From Lytechinus pictus (lineage: Eukaryota), in assembly GCF_037042905.1 (NCBI RefSeq), contig NC_087260.1, forward strand, positions 1,860,001 to 1,924,000: a stretch of 64,000 bases of DNA, read 5' to 3'. Both the position numbers and the translations under genes were made by a program. Shown here piece after piece: positions 50,306-63,229 of the stretch. How positions within the stretch are numbered: position 1 is the first letter of the stretch; the number at the start of each line of letters is the position of its first letter. The notes below the pieces were generated by a model that saw nothing but the letters and a program-made list of their open reading frames with translations, was not told the origin of the DNA and did not search any database.

Positions 50306-51449
50306 CTAGACAAAATGCGCCACATAATTCCAATTGTTATTTTATTATATCAAATTGCAGAGCTATTTGAAGGTTGAGGGTGGGGTATGAAGCATTATTT
50401 AAGAAAAATACAACTATTTTGTGAGATTTTGTGAAAATTTGCGTTGGTGCTATATTATCTTACCTACCGTGCATATTCGGCTAAATCGCCATTGTTATGT
50501 CATTGTCAGACCGGCGATACCTGACCAACACTGTAACGCTATTTTCAATGACAGAAAACCGTTGGGTTTTCTTATTGTGACTGCAGCATTTGTGAGGTGA
50601 GCCCCTTATTTGTTTATCAGCCTATACTGTGTATGTTTTGTGAATTACACTCCACAACATAGGAGTACCAGAATGCCTTCTTTTCTTTTAATGTTTGTCT
50701 TTCTGTTAACCACAATGAGTGATTTGTAGGGGAAAGTTGTTCAGTCATACATTCTTGCAAACTACAATCGTATCACATGGGACTATGATCTATTTGAGAT
50801 GGATGGGGGAGGGGGGGGGGGGTCGCACTACGAGTGCGTCAGTGGAGTGCATGTGCAAGTTCTGATACTGATTGCCCCCCCCCCCCCCAATTTCCGTCGA
50901 GGGGCGAATGGCCAAGCAAGTTTTAAGTTTATTTTATTGATTTCAAATCCAAACATAAAGGATTACAATCAAAATAAAATGCACATTACTTTTCCTTACA
51001 AATTATCGAACATACTTACAATGATAATTTAACATTTCTAACCAAATATAGAGTCACAAATTAAACGAAACGAAAACCAAAGGAAAAACATGACAAAACA
51101 AATCAAATGCAGGAAAAAAATCCAACTATATGCTATCAGAAACTGATTCATCAGGGCATAATTATTCCTACCAAAACAATAAATCATCAGGTACTAATAC
51201 GTCGTTCTAATTTATCAACTGCAAAATGATATGATTTGTCAAATATTTGTTATTGCTTTAATTTAGAAATAGACAGACAATGAGAGAGAGAGAGAGAGAA
51301 GAGAGGGTGAGGGGGCAGAGGAAGAGAGGGAGAGAGTGTGTAATGAAATCCTTATTTTTTTCAAAATAGGCCTATTAAGATACCACTTTGTCACATATAT
51401 TTCTTTATGATTTATTTTCATTGAAGTGAACTTAATTATTGGTTAGATC

Positions 51450-51710
51450 CAGTGGCGTACCTAGGATTTTCCACAGGGGGGCAAGCAAAAAAAAAGGTCT
51501 TCAATCACTAATAAAGGATTTCGTACCAGAAAAAAAATTGACAAGCAAAAACAAAAAAAAAGGTCTTCAAGCTCGTCAGGGAGGGGGAGGGGGCAATAAA
51601 GGTCTTCAATCTCGTCAGGGGGGGGGGGCAGGGATACGTCCTTTGCATGGGTTGTGGTTCGTCAGGGGGGGGGGGCAGACTGCCTCCCCCCCCCCGTAGG
51701 TACGCTAGTG
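51450..51710. mobile_element. hAT-type MITE
   Basis: cagtggcgtaccta...taggtacgctagtg; perfect 8-bp TSD gttagatc (51442-51449, 51711-51718). Confidence 0.9.
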
Positions 51711-52010
51711 GTTAGATCTATTTTTCAGAACACTTAAATACGTTATATCGTGTCTCACTAACAATTTTCCTGCATATACCTATAGTCCAGTCAATCTAGC
51801 CAGAATAGGGGGGTAACCCACCACTAATTGCAACACGAGATATTCCACTGAAATGCTTTCCAGGAAGGTCCCCTAAACAACATACTAAAAGTCCCAAGAA
51901 ATCCAAGCAGTGGAAATTTATGAAATTTGCATATTATGCAAATCAGCCATGAAAAATTAGAAAAAGAAGGGAAATAATCCAAAGATTACAAATTAAATGT
52001 CCATTAAATG

Positions 52011-55000
52011 TACAATTTTATCATGAAAATGTATATAAAACAAGAAATAAACAGGTACAAATTATTTTGACTGGGATCGCGATACTGACCAAAGATAGAA
52101 TAACTGACTAGTAGTCCAGTCAATATAGGGTTTGACCCACCACTAATTGCAACACGAGATATTCCACTGCAATGCTTTCAAGGAAGGTCCCCTAAACAAC
52201 ATACTAAAAGTCCCAAGAAATCCAAGCAGTGGAAATTTATGAAATTTGCATATTATGCAAATTAGCCTTAAAAATCTAGAAAAAATAAGGAACATAGCCC
52301 AAAGATTACAAATTGAGTGTCCAAAACAATTTAATTTGAATGGAAATTCATGATAAATAACTGAATTTAATGTTTTTAATCAAGAGTGCAAAAATTTCTA
52401 CCTCATTTGCATATTATGCATATAAGCATCCTTATATAGAAAAAATGTCAAGATATTGTGATTTTTCTCATATAGACTGCTTGAAAACGTTTCATTAATG
52501 TTGACATATGCTACTATATCACTAAGCATGATAATTCATCTCAATGCCTGAAAATTAATTTGCATATTATGCAAATTAGCCATTAAAAAAAATAGAAAAT
52601 GAGGAAATCAAGCAAAAGATTACAAATTAAATGTCCACAGCAAGTAATTTTGAACAAAAGTTCATGATGAATAAATAAGTTCAATATCTTTATTCAAAAA
52701 AGCTAGCAAATCTGCCTCATTTGCATATTATGCAAATAAGTATCCTTATATGGAAAATGTCAAGAAATTTTGATTTTTATCACATTGACTGCAGTGAAAA
52801 CATTTCAGTTTTTTCAAATTAATATGCTGCTATCACTAAGCATTCAAATCTATCCTAATATGATTTATATTCAAGGAAAAATACTGGAAATATGTTCTTC
52901 GCTTCCTAAGCCGCGTTGTTACTCTGACAAGATGATGGGATTGGCAAGAACAAAGCACAGTATTTGAATTGGTGTGTAGTTTGTTAGAGTTGACAACCCT
53001 TTCTTATATGGATGGGAACGACTCAGACTTTCTTGAAATTTCACCGTATAATCATGATAAAGGGAGGAAAAGCAAACTTATGGCAGGTAGGATCTGATAG
53101 GTAGGATCTGGTGAGTAGTCTCATTAAGAAATGTAGCAGAGATTCCGTCTAGCCTAGTAGCTTCATGCAGGTTTTTTTCTTTAACAATTTCTTCAGTAGT
53201 CTGGCTACACCTGCTTGACTAAACAATACGTTATCTGCATGGCCATATCTGGGTCAGGACTGGGTCCCAGGACTTGTAGATCAGCGTCATCATTATCATG
53301 ATCAGTGGTGAATACTAAGACTAAAAATATTTGCCTTCCTTTAATAATGATATTCCAATGTAGTCATAGCTATTGATATTAAGGGCTCCCAACATGCTAA
53401 TTGTTACAGCCTGGATCATTGTCAATCCGGTCAACAAATTATGTATTGTATGCTTGTCTACAAACCCTCTTATGGTCCTCTTTAATGCATTGTAGCAATT
53501 CTTAGCTTTACCTTACTGATGCTTTTGGAGCTCTAAAATGTGCAAGCCTTCCTAGCCTTTCTCTAAAACTCTTGACATCTTCCGACACAACTTATGTCCA
53601 TTGTCTCATTGAGGCAACTTGTGTCGGAAGAAGACATGGTCAACGGTGTGTTCTTGTTAAAGTCCTCGTGATTGGCATTCAGTCTCCTATGCTCGACTTG
53701 TCGGATTTCAGTACAGAGAGTTGTATGATTGTCCAAAGTACATCTGCATGACACTATTAAAGTCAGCATTCCTCCAGAAGAACATCCTTAGTCGCGTACC
53801 ATAATTACTAAAAGGTTTATTCCTCTGGATAACATCACAGTATACCCATGAGTAACACATTGTGGCAAATAAATCCTGGAAGTGGTACACACTGTCTAAT
53901 CAATGTTGGATGGTATTTGATGGTGATGTTAAGGGTGTTCCATTACGTTGTGTCCTCTTGTTGGAAAGGCAATAATCTGGCTTAGTCCTCCTTCTGGTTT
54001 GTTCATTGTCTCACTGAGGAATTTCCGTTTACCATAGATATCAGGAAATTAATATTATTTGCATACGACTTACTTACAAACTATAGCTTTAATATTTGGA
54101 GACGGTTGCCATAGGAGATTTATCAAAGAGGAAAGAACAGAAAATGGATGCTTCATCATGAAGCAGCAACTGGATTCAGCAAGAACGTCTAATCACGATT
54201 CCTGTATCTGAGAAAGATGCCTATAGCCTTCATCATGAATTTATGAATGGCTTTCATGTCACTCGTATAGGAAAATGCCCATTGTTACTCTTATTAAGCA
54301 TGCCCAGAGATCTTGTGATCCAAGCAAGTTCTCATATTCACCACCAAGACAAGTGATGATGATGATGACGGGTTCTTGTAAAGCGCCGGTATCCGCCTCA
54401 GCTGGGCGCTCATGGCGCTTGCTCAAAAATAGGAAATATCTCACAAATTTCAATGTCTTCAAACAGTGGAGGTTATAAATATTTAAGAAAACACACTGGT
54501 GATGCATCCCTCAAAAATTGCAAGTAGATTATCTATTCAAATTGGAATATGGCAATACCTTACATATGTTAGATACTTTTCTTTGCATAATATGCAAATT
54601 ACACTACAGACACTAAGCTGAATACAAATGTATTCAACGTCCTTAGTGATAGCAGCATGTAAATTTCAACATAAATGAAATTTTCAAGCAGTTAATGAGA
54701 GAAAATAACAATACCTTGACATTTTTCCATATAAGGATGCTTATTAGCATATTATGCAAATGAGGTAGATTTTTTTGCACTTTTGACAAAAAACATTGAA
54801 TACAGTCATTTATAATGAATTTTCACTCAAATTAAATTGTTTTGGACACTCAATTTGTAATCTTTGGGCTATGTTCCTTATTTTTTCTAGATTTTTAAGG
54901 CTAATTTGCATAATATGCAAATTTCATAAATTTCCACTGCTTGGATTTCTTGGGACTTTTAGTATGTTGTTTAGGGGACCTTCCTTGAAAGCATTGCAGT

Positions 55001-55155
55001 GGAATATCTCGTGTTGCAATTAGTGGTGGGTCAAACCCTATATTGACTGGACTACTAGTCAGTTATTCTATCTTTGGTCAGTATCGCGATCCCAGTCAAA
55101 ATAATTTGTACCTGTTTATTTCTTGTTTTATATACATTTTCATGATAAAATTGTA
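52011..55155. mobile_element. 3.1-kb long-TIR (foldback-like) DNA element with a decayed coding-like core; superfamily uncertain
   Basis: Perfect 329-bp inverted repeat 52011-52339 / 54827-55155, continuing imperfectly inward; ~313-bp internal tandem repeat; related short copy at ~51783-52110; no intact ORF inside. Confidence 0.85.
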
Positions 55156-57384
55156 TCTGTTATTACTCTATTCTATCATTAATTTTGTATTGATTTTTAA
55201 TGGAATTGAATAAAACATTAATTGTTCATTTTTTTATATTATATTCAATTGTTTTCATTTCTGTATATTATATTTTTTGTGTTTTGCTATACATTGTAAC
55301 TTTTGCTAAATTTTGGAATGAAAAAGAATAAATGCGATCGATCAACTGAATTTAATTGAAAAATTGAATATAAAAATCACTAAATACATCCGATTGAACA
55401 TGCACGTCATTATTTCAACTCATACACACTCTAACGGTTAATTGCCATTATGTTAATAATTTGGAAGTGTCTGGCACTTTTATTTTTTTTATTTTTTTTT
55501 TTGGGGGGGGGGGGGGAGTTACACAAACTTTGAAAAGGTCTATTACGCGGGTAAAAAATGTTTATTCAAGTTCGAGAAACCTCCTTAGATTTTTTTTACT
55601 AATTAGCATTCTTCTTACTTTCGAATTTGGTCAACACTTGTAAGTCTATCTACTTCAACCGTATAATATGGCAGAAAGTATTTTGGTAATCAATATTGAA
55701 GATGAAAAGTGATTGGTTTTACTTACCTTAATTCGAACGACGGTCATGTTGCTTTCGCTCATCATAGCTCACGTGACATCAGTCCATTAGTCTCATATCT
55801 GTGATATATCGTACTGTAATAATCTTTCAGTTTTCAACAGGAATATTTCGATAGCCGCTTAGAGCAATAAATAGACCACGTAGAGAGAAAGTGGATTATA
55901 ATAGGTTGATAATAAGTGCTATCTAGACCAAGCCCTCTACTTGCCGGACTATGCATTCGTTGGCCAAAATGTTTGACTACGTATACAAAATGGTGTTTAC
56001 TTTTCGTGTTACTGTTAGGTCAGTAAGGAAACAAACAGAGGGCTGGATTGTAGTCTGCTGTACAAACCCCTTCACTCGAGTCTGGATGTGCAGCCTATAA
56101 TGCTTTGTGTACGACGGCGATCCTGTCGCTCATATTATTAACTGTTCAAATAGGCAGGAAATTGAGGTCTTCAGTGTGCTTTATCATCCTCCTTTACAAA
56201 ATGGGAATGATGCATATAGACCGTTCTTGTGTAGACTTTCACGCTGATTCCCAATATGTCAGTCTTAATGACCCCATTTAACAGATTATGGTCATTCTGG
56301 CCACTTTTTGGCCCCCAAGTGACCAATACCATCTGTTCAATACTTCAATTTATCAACAACAAAAAATATATATATATAAAATAAAATATTTAGGACCACA
56401 CAGTGACCAAAGGGGCCACAGAAGACAGTCACAAGAAATTTGGCACAAATTTTACTCAAGGTGAGCCTTTAATATTTCCCACCAAAAGGGATTGAACGCA
56501 TTTCATCATATTCGTAGACCTACAATTGCTGCTCAGTCATGTTTATTTCAAAATTCACACATTGGATAAACGGTCAAAGTAGCCAAAATGGTCACATTTT
56601 GATTATGTACTGTTAGTAATATCATATTGAATTAAATGATTTGTCACTGATTATGATTGATAAACAAATCTTACAAAAATACACAGCAACAACATTTGAA
56701 TACTTTTGATACATGCAATTGTCATTGCTAACTGTATAGGGACCAAAAGTGACCAAAAATGACCACTAAATAGTCATTAAGACTGATATATTTGAAATCA
56801 TTTGATTCAGAAAGTTTTTGTAATATGTCATATCTGACATTAAATGATGCTAATAATATCTCATTCCTGAATTTGTTTCCATGAATATTTACAAAATGGT
56901 CAATGTGCCTAAAATCATGAAAATGACCAAAGTGCATGGTCAAACAACCTTATGTATACTTGATGTGAAGGTTTTTATCACATTTATTAAACTCTTGATT
57001 ATTGGTGTAGTAGCTCACGCTGATAATAATATTATGCAGCATTTTAGCCCTTTTTAAATCAAATAATGTGTGGTCACTAGACATTATTGAGGAAAAGTGA
57101 TCAAACTGACCACAAGATCCAATAGTTCGGCCAATAACACTGGTTTATATGGAATCATTGCATTGATTTTCACCCAAAAGCTTTCAAACTTCCCCATTTA
57201 ACAATAATTGATGCTAGTATTAAAACAATCCTGAATTGTCCCTTCATGTTCGATACAGGCTGATTTAGTATACACATTGGGCAGGGGACAATGTGGCCAA
57301 ATGACCAAGGTGGTTAAAATATTTTGGGGACACTCAATTTAAAGGATTAATACACCAGTGTTAGGTGTCACAGCACACCCTTAA

Positions 57385-57987
57385 AGGCCAAGTCCACCAC
57401 AGAAAAAAGTTGTGTTGAAATAACAGAGAAAAATCAGACAAGCATAATGCTGAAAATTTCATCAAAATCAGATGTAAAATAAGAAAGTTATGACATTTTT
57501 AAATTTCGCTTATTTTTCACAAAATAGTTATATGCACAATTTACCCACATGCATATGAGAGAATTGATGATGTCCCTCACTCACTATTTCTTTTGTTTTT
57601 TATTGTTTGAATTATACAATAATTCAATTTTTACAGATTTGACAATAGTGACCAACTTGACTGAACCATATAATGTTTAGCAATGGTAACTCCACATGTT
57701 CAGTGAGAAATAAAACTGTATTTCACAGGACAGTGAGGAGAAAATTAAAATATTTCATATTTCAAATAATAAGATGCAAAAGAAAAAGTGAGTGAGTGAT
57801 GTCATCAGTTCCCTCATTTGCATACCGACCAGGATGTGCATATAACTATTATGTGAAATCAAGCGAAACTTAAAAATGTCATAACTTTCTTATTTTACAT
57901 CCGATTTTGATGAAATTTTCAGTGTTATACTCGTTGGATTTTTCTCTTTTTAATCAAATCAACTTTTTGTTGGGGTGGACTTGTCCT
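57385..57987. mobile_element. MITE with TTAA TSD (family of 21317-21896)
   Basis: TTAA at 57381-57384 and 57988-57991; long TIRs. Confidence 0.88.
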
Positions 57988-58019
57988 TTAACGATTATAG
58001 TAACATTTAATTAAAGTAT

Positions 58020-58700
58020 TTTTTCAATTTTTTCAATTCAATTTTATTTCAATCATAAAATAAATACAAAGTAACATGCAACAATTGAGATTTAATCTAA
58101 TGAATGAAATTCGAGACTAATATGAAAGTTAAAAAAAATTGTAAGTCATAGTCCCCCAAAACAGGGAAAAGAAACACATGTTACGATATAATACAAACAC
58201 ACACACACACACACCTACACCCGGACACGCATGATACATAGGTACTTAAAATAGAGTTACAAGGAATAGGAAGAGACGAGTTGTCAATAAAAACCTTAAA
58301 AGATGACAATGTAGTGCATGACATAAAATTATTAGGTAGATTGTTCCATATACGGGGACCGTTGTGTCTAAAAGAGTTGAGTAAGGACTGAGACGAAACC
58401 TTTGGATAATGGTATTTTATACATGAGCAGGTATTATGAGAATGGATAGATTTATTAAGAGTAAACATTTGACAATTTATTTTAGGTGCAATACTATTAT
58501 TATTACATATGAAACATCATTATGGCAATTTCATTCATTTTACCATTTTTTTTTTGGTACAGTGCTTCAGAAACCTCACATTGGCATGATTGATGAGCAG
58601 CAAATTTACCCTTTATTCTTTTGAAGACGTACTGGGTAATAAAACACATTCTATATGAGATTAGTCTCTGTGCCGATTTTTTGTCACTCTTCAACAATTT
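58020..58700 (-). mobile_element. Decayed CR1/L2-type LINE 3' fragment
   Basis: HSHNT...SFRHNGPRIWNNLP......TLSSFK; minus-strand aataaaattgaattga tail near 58030-58050. Confidence 0.75.
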
Positions 58701-59702
58701 AGGGCAAGATTTCCACTTAAAACTTTAACAATCATGCTAAAGTGAGGTTTGTGAAACATTATACAAAATGGCAAAATTAATAAAAATACATCATGGTCAA
58801 ATCTATTCGTGAAATTCACTTTAACCAATTGCTTTGTAATGACGCACCTTTGAATTGAGGATTATGCCTTGCTCTGGAACATAGTTCCTGTATAATTTAG
58901 ATTAAAAAGGAAGGAATGATGTAATAGCTATTCAAGGACCATACAATGACCAATTGGGCCAAATTGGGCCAAATTAGACAGTGGTGATGTATTTGGCACA
59001 ATTTTTTATTCAAGGTGAGCTTGTAATATTTCCTCCAATCGAAAGGGATTGAACGCATTTCCACAATTGCTCCTGTCATGTTTATTTACAAAAGTCATAC
59101 ATGCGATAAATGGTCAAAATGACCAAAACGGTTACAACAATTTTGATTATGTACTATTAGTCATATTATATTGAAATCAATAATTGATGTAATAAATCTT
59201 ATTAACAATACGGAGCGACAACAACATTTGAATCCTTTTTTATACATGCAAATGAGATTGGTCATTGTCGGGATCAAAAGCGACCAAAATTACCACTCGC
59301 TCAAGACTGATATATCATTAATCTACATTAATCTAGAAAAAATGTCCTAACATTACATGGAAATGATGCTAAAATATCTCATTCCTAAATTTGCTGCCCC
59401 ATATATGAGAGGTTTCCATAAATATTTACTGTGTGGTCAAGGTGGCTAAAATCATGTAAATGACCACAGCGTGCATGGTCAAACAACCTTATGTATGCTC
59501 GACGTAATGAATTTTATCACAATTATCAACACTTTTCACCGATTATGGTAGCTCATGCTGATAATGATACTGACCAACATTTGAGCCCTCGGCTTTTTGA
59601 ATCATCAAAGCATGCATGTGTGGTCTCTCTCTTAGCTTGACCCCTCCACTCAAGGTGGCCAAAATGACCAAGGTAATCAACTTTGGGGATGCTCAATTTT
59701 AA

Positions 59703-60282
59703 AGGGATGGTCCGGGCTGAAAATATTTATATCTTAATACATAGAGTAGATTTCACTGAGCAAAATGCCGAAAATTTCATCAAAATCGGATAACAAATAA
59801 TAAAGTTATTGAAGTTTAAAGTTCAGCAATATTTTGCGAATATTTTGCGTCATGAATATTCATTAGGTGGGCTGATGATGTCACATCTCCACTTTCTGTT
59901 TTCTTATGTTATTACATAAAATCATTTTTTTTTTATTCCATACTTGTGTGAATAATATGTATCCCTTATAATGAAATAAGTTGCAGCAATAAATACCTAA
60001 TGCACTAAATCAGTTGTCAATCCAATTTTTCTAGTTTTTGGAGGAAAATTTTTGGATAAACCTAATTTCATATAATAAAATACAAAAGAACAAGTGGAGA
60101 TGTGACATCATCAGCCCACCTAATGAATATTCATGACGACTGTTTTCACAAAATATTGCTAAACTTTAAAATTCAATAACTTTGTTATTTGTTATCCGAT
60201 TTCGATGAAATTTTCGGCATTTTGCTCAGTGAATTCTACTCTATTTATTAAGCTATAAATACGTTCAGCCCGGACCATCCCT
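59703..60282. mobile_element. MITE with TTAA TSD (agggatggtccgggctga...tcagcccggaccatccct)
   Basis: TTAA at 59699-59702 and 60283-60286; ~200-bp TIRs. Confidence 0.9.
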
Positions 60283-62588
60283 TTAAGGATTCATTCACCA
60301 GTGTTGGGTGTCACAGCACACCCTTGTTACGATTCTGGTAACATTCGAAGTATTTTTGGATAAATTGAACTGATATTATTGGCCATTTTAAGGGCCATAA
60401 GTGGCCAAAAAGCCCTTAAGCTGTTAAATACGGTCATTAAGACTGATATATTTGAAATCAGCATAAAATTTTACACAAGAAGGACATTTGAATGCATTCT
60501 CATTTTATAAGGGAAGAAGATAAAACATGCTAATGACTTCAATTTCCTAACTATTTGAACAGTTAATAATGCAAAAGTGCGCGAATGGTCAGTTATGTCT
60601 AAAGTACCCAATTAAAATGACCTTCACAGGTCAAAACTGACGGAATAAATTACATGAGGTTGATTGTTGTGATCCAGCGCATATTTGGAAAATAAATGTG
60701 GATTTCTAAAGACATTCATGCAATCGTAGCTCTGATCAATATTTGTAACACATTTCGGACAAAAAAAATCATGAAAATTGTCAGTTTTGGCCAAAATATG
60801 GCCAAAATGACCACTTCAATTGTAATTGGGCAAATGAAACCACTTTATTTGGAATCTGCATGGGTGCATAATTGCATGTGGCTACAAAAGCAGTCTGTTA
60901 AGGGACCATTTTCCATAGAGTGGCCAAAATGGTGTGAGTACGTACGGTGAATAAGAGTGACATTTTTGGAATCAGCGCACAATTTTACCCCAGATAAGCT
61001 TGTCAAACCTTCCCCACCAAAAAATCTGAATAAAGCCCCCTATCTCCTAGACTATTAATAAAGAGCTGATGTTTTTCATTATAATTACTTAGAGTTTTGA
61101 CGTAGGACCGGGACATCCTTATGATAGTCATCATAATTATGAAAATGATGACTGTTTTCCTATTCCTCTTGCTAAGCGTGAGATGAAACAAAAGGGACAA
61201 TTTAATTATTGAATTAATATCTTATTCATTATAATGTCTAATGAGGGCGCGGAATCTGATGATATTATAATGGCCTGGAAACTGGACATTTCAAGCACTT
61301 TTGTAATTATAAATAGTGATGCATCAGTTAATATATTTTTAACCATTAATGCGAGCGCAAATTGCGAGCCTAAATTTTCTATACACTGTTATGAAAAGGG
61401 GATTTTAACTAGTTTGTTGTATAATCAGTACATACATAACTCGCCAATCAAAATGCGAGCGTGCAGCGCAAGCTGATACGTTTTGATAATCAGACCTGAA
61501 AAGGGATATTTTGAAAACTTTATGGAGTACACGAATATAATAGGTACCTGATAAATCAAAATTTGCGAGCAGAACATTTTAATATTCAGACCATAAAACT
61601 GACATTTTTACAGAGCACTTTTCAAAAATCGATTTGTAAATCACACAAAATAATGAAATTTCGATTTCCGTGATTAAATATGTTTTGTATTGTCTTCCAA
61701 ACTTGATATTTAAACTCCATATTGAACAAGATATGAAAATCACATAACAGGCAATGCGATCGAGCGCGAAGTGCAAGCGAAAATTTTATATAGTGATCGA
61801 CATAAGATACTTTTGATTTTCCAAGTCTTCCCCTCATCTAATTTTATTCACTCGTCTTCCTCTTCTTTGCTCCGCCAGTAGGGGGGGGGGGAGTAGGGGG
61901 CGGGCCCCTCGGGCCCCCCTGGATCCGGGGATCCGCCTATGCTATACCCACGGAATTAAAACTTTCTTCTCGTCCATGACCATGGCAGTAACATACGTGG
62001 GATTGATCGAAGGACGAAGTTGGGGATTCCCCAGCATGAACAAGGCTGTGATTGCGCATGCGCCATAGCTAAACGAATCTTTGCATTGATTTTAGAGGTA
62101 GGAAAGATGGCCTGAAAAGATGTTACTCCCTTCTACTTTTCTAGCTTCTTGAGCCTGAATAACGAGGTTCGTATTGAATCGTCCGTATGTAATTATAGGT
62201 TAGGTTATTTGATTCTGTTTCACGAGCTTATGATTATGGATCACCTTTATTAATTTGATAGAAATGACAAAAATATTCAGAAAATGACAAAGGGTGTGTC
62301 AGCTCATGCTCATCCTCATCAGACCTCGTAACCAACCCAGGCCAGGGAACTGCGGGCCGGAGCTCACTGGGTTACAGACCTCGGTGAAGAACAGGGCAAA
62401 GCCAAAGGCACCCACGGGTACATTACCGCCGCCCTGCACAGGATAACCACTGGCATGGCACTTGCAATAAGTTTATTCCTCTTTTGTAAAAATTAGAAAA
62501 ATATCTACATTTTAAATCAAGTAAGCTTTGGATATGAAACTTACCAAACGATATGAAGCTAATTTCATTTCCTCTCTGTCTTTCTGGT

Positions 62589-63229
62589 ATGATGGGGTGT
62601 CCAAACTTCGCGCACTTTTCAAAAATATTCATCAGGCTTATTTTTGTTCACAAAATATTCATAATTTATACAAAACCAATTCAAGAAATAGTTACCACAT
62701 TGACGACAAGATCGTAAACTATAAAATCATGGACGAAAATGTAAAGTAGGTCAAGGGGTTTCGCCGGTATCGCGATCTCAAAATTCTATTCCGATCGGCG
62801 AATGCGCGCTGTGCTGGAAAACCGTTCAGAAAAAGTGTGACCTAACTTCGCGCACCAAAGCTTTTGTGGAGATTTAAACAAAAAATCAAGCTAAAAAAGT
62901 GAAATATTTATATCAGATTGATGGCAAAATGCTATGGAATCGGTTAGTACCACATTTAACTCACATTTTTTATGATTTCTGCTTGCAAAATGGTGATATC
63001 GTGATGCTTGTTGATTTCTTCAAAACGGGCGCTAGCGGTGGCAAATTTGCCGATCTTTTGCCAATATTTTCATGAATACTGAACTCATCCTAAAGAAATT
63101 TTCACTATAGGGTACTTTTAGGTCGCTTTTCACGTTGATGATGTCAGATTTTAAGGATATTGGCTAGTTTTTTAGATAATGACCGTCCGCGAAGTATGGA
63201 CACGCGCGAAGTTTGGACACACTGCCATA
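62589..63229. mobile_element. MITE (gtgtccaaacttcgcgc...gcgcgaagtttggacac)
   Basis: Subterminal 17-bp inverted repeat, TA flanks. Confidence 0.7.

Larger units (their letters stand above)
56430..60480. repeat. Old ~1-kb direct duplication (~56430-57380 vs ~58980-60350), each copy interrupted by different insertions
   Basis: Collinear blocks tttggcaca..caaggtgagc..aagggattgaacgcatttc, gtgcatggtcaaacaaccttatgtat, caccagtgtt.ggtgtcacagcacaccctt. Confidence 0.8.

Noticed and set aside
52110-55056. Polinton/Maverick call from AGTAGT...ACTACT ends
   Set aside because: No 6-bp direct TSD, only 3 kb long, and no recognisable polB, integrase or capsid remnants; the superfamily is left open.
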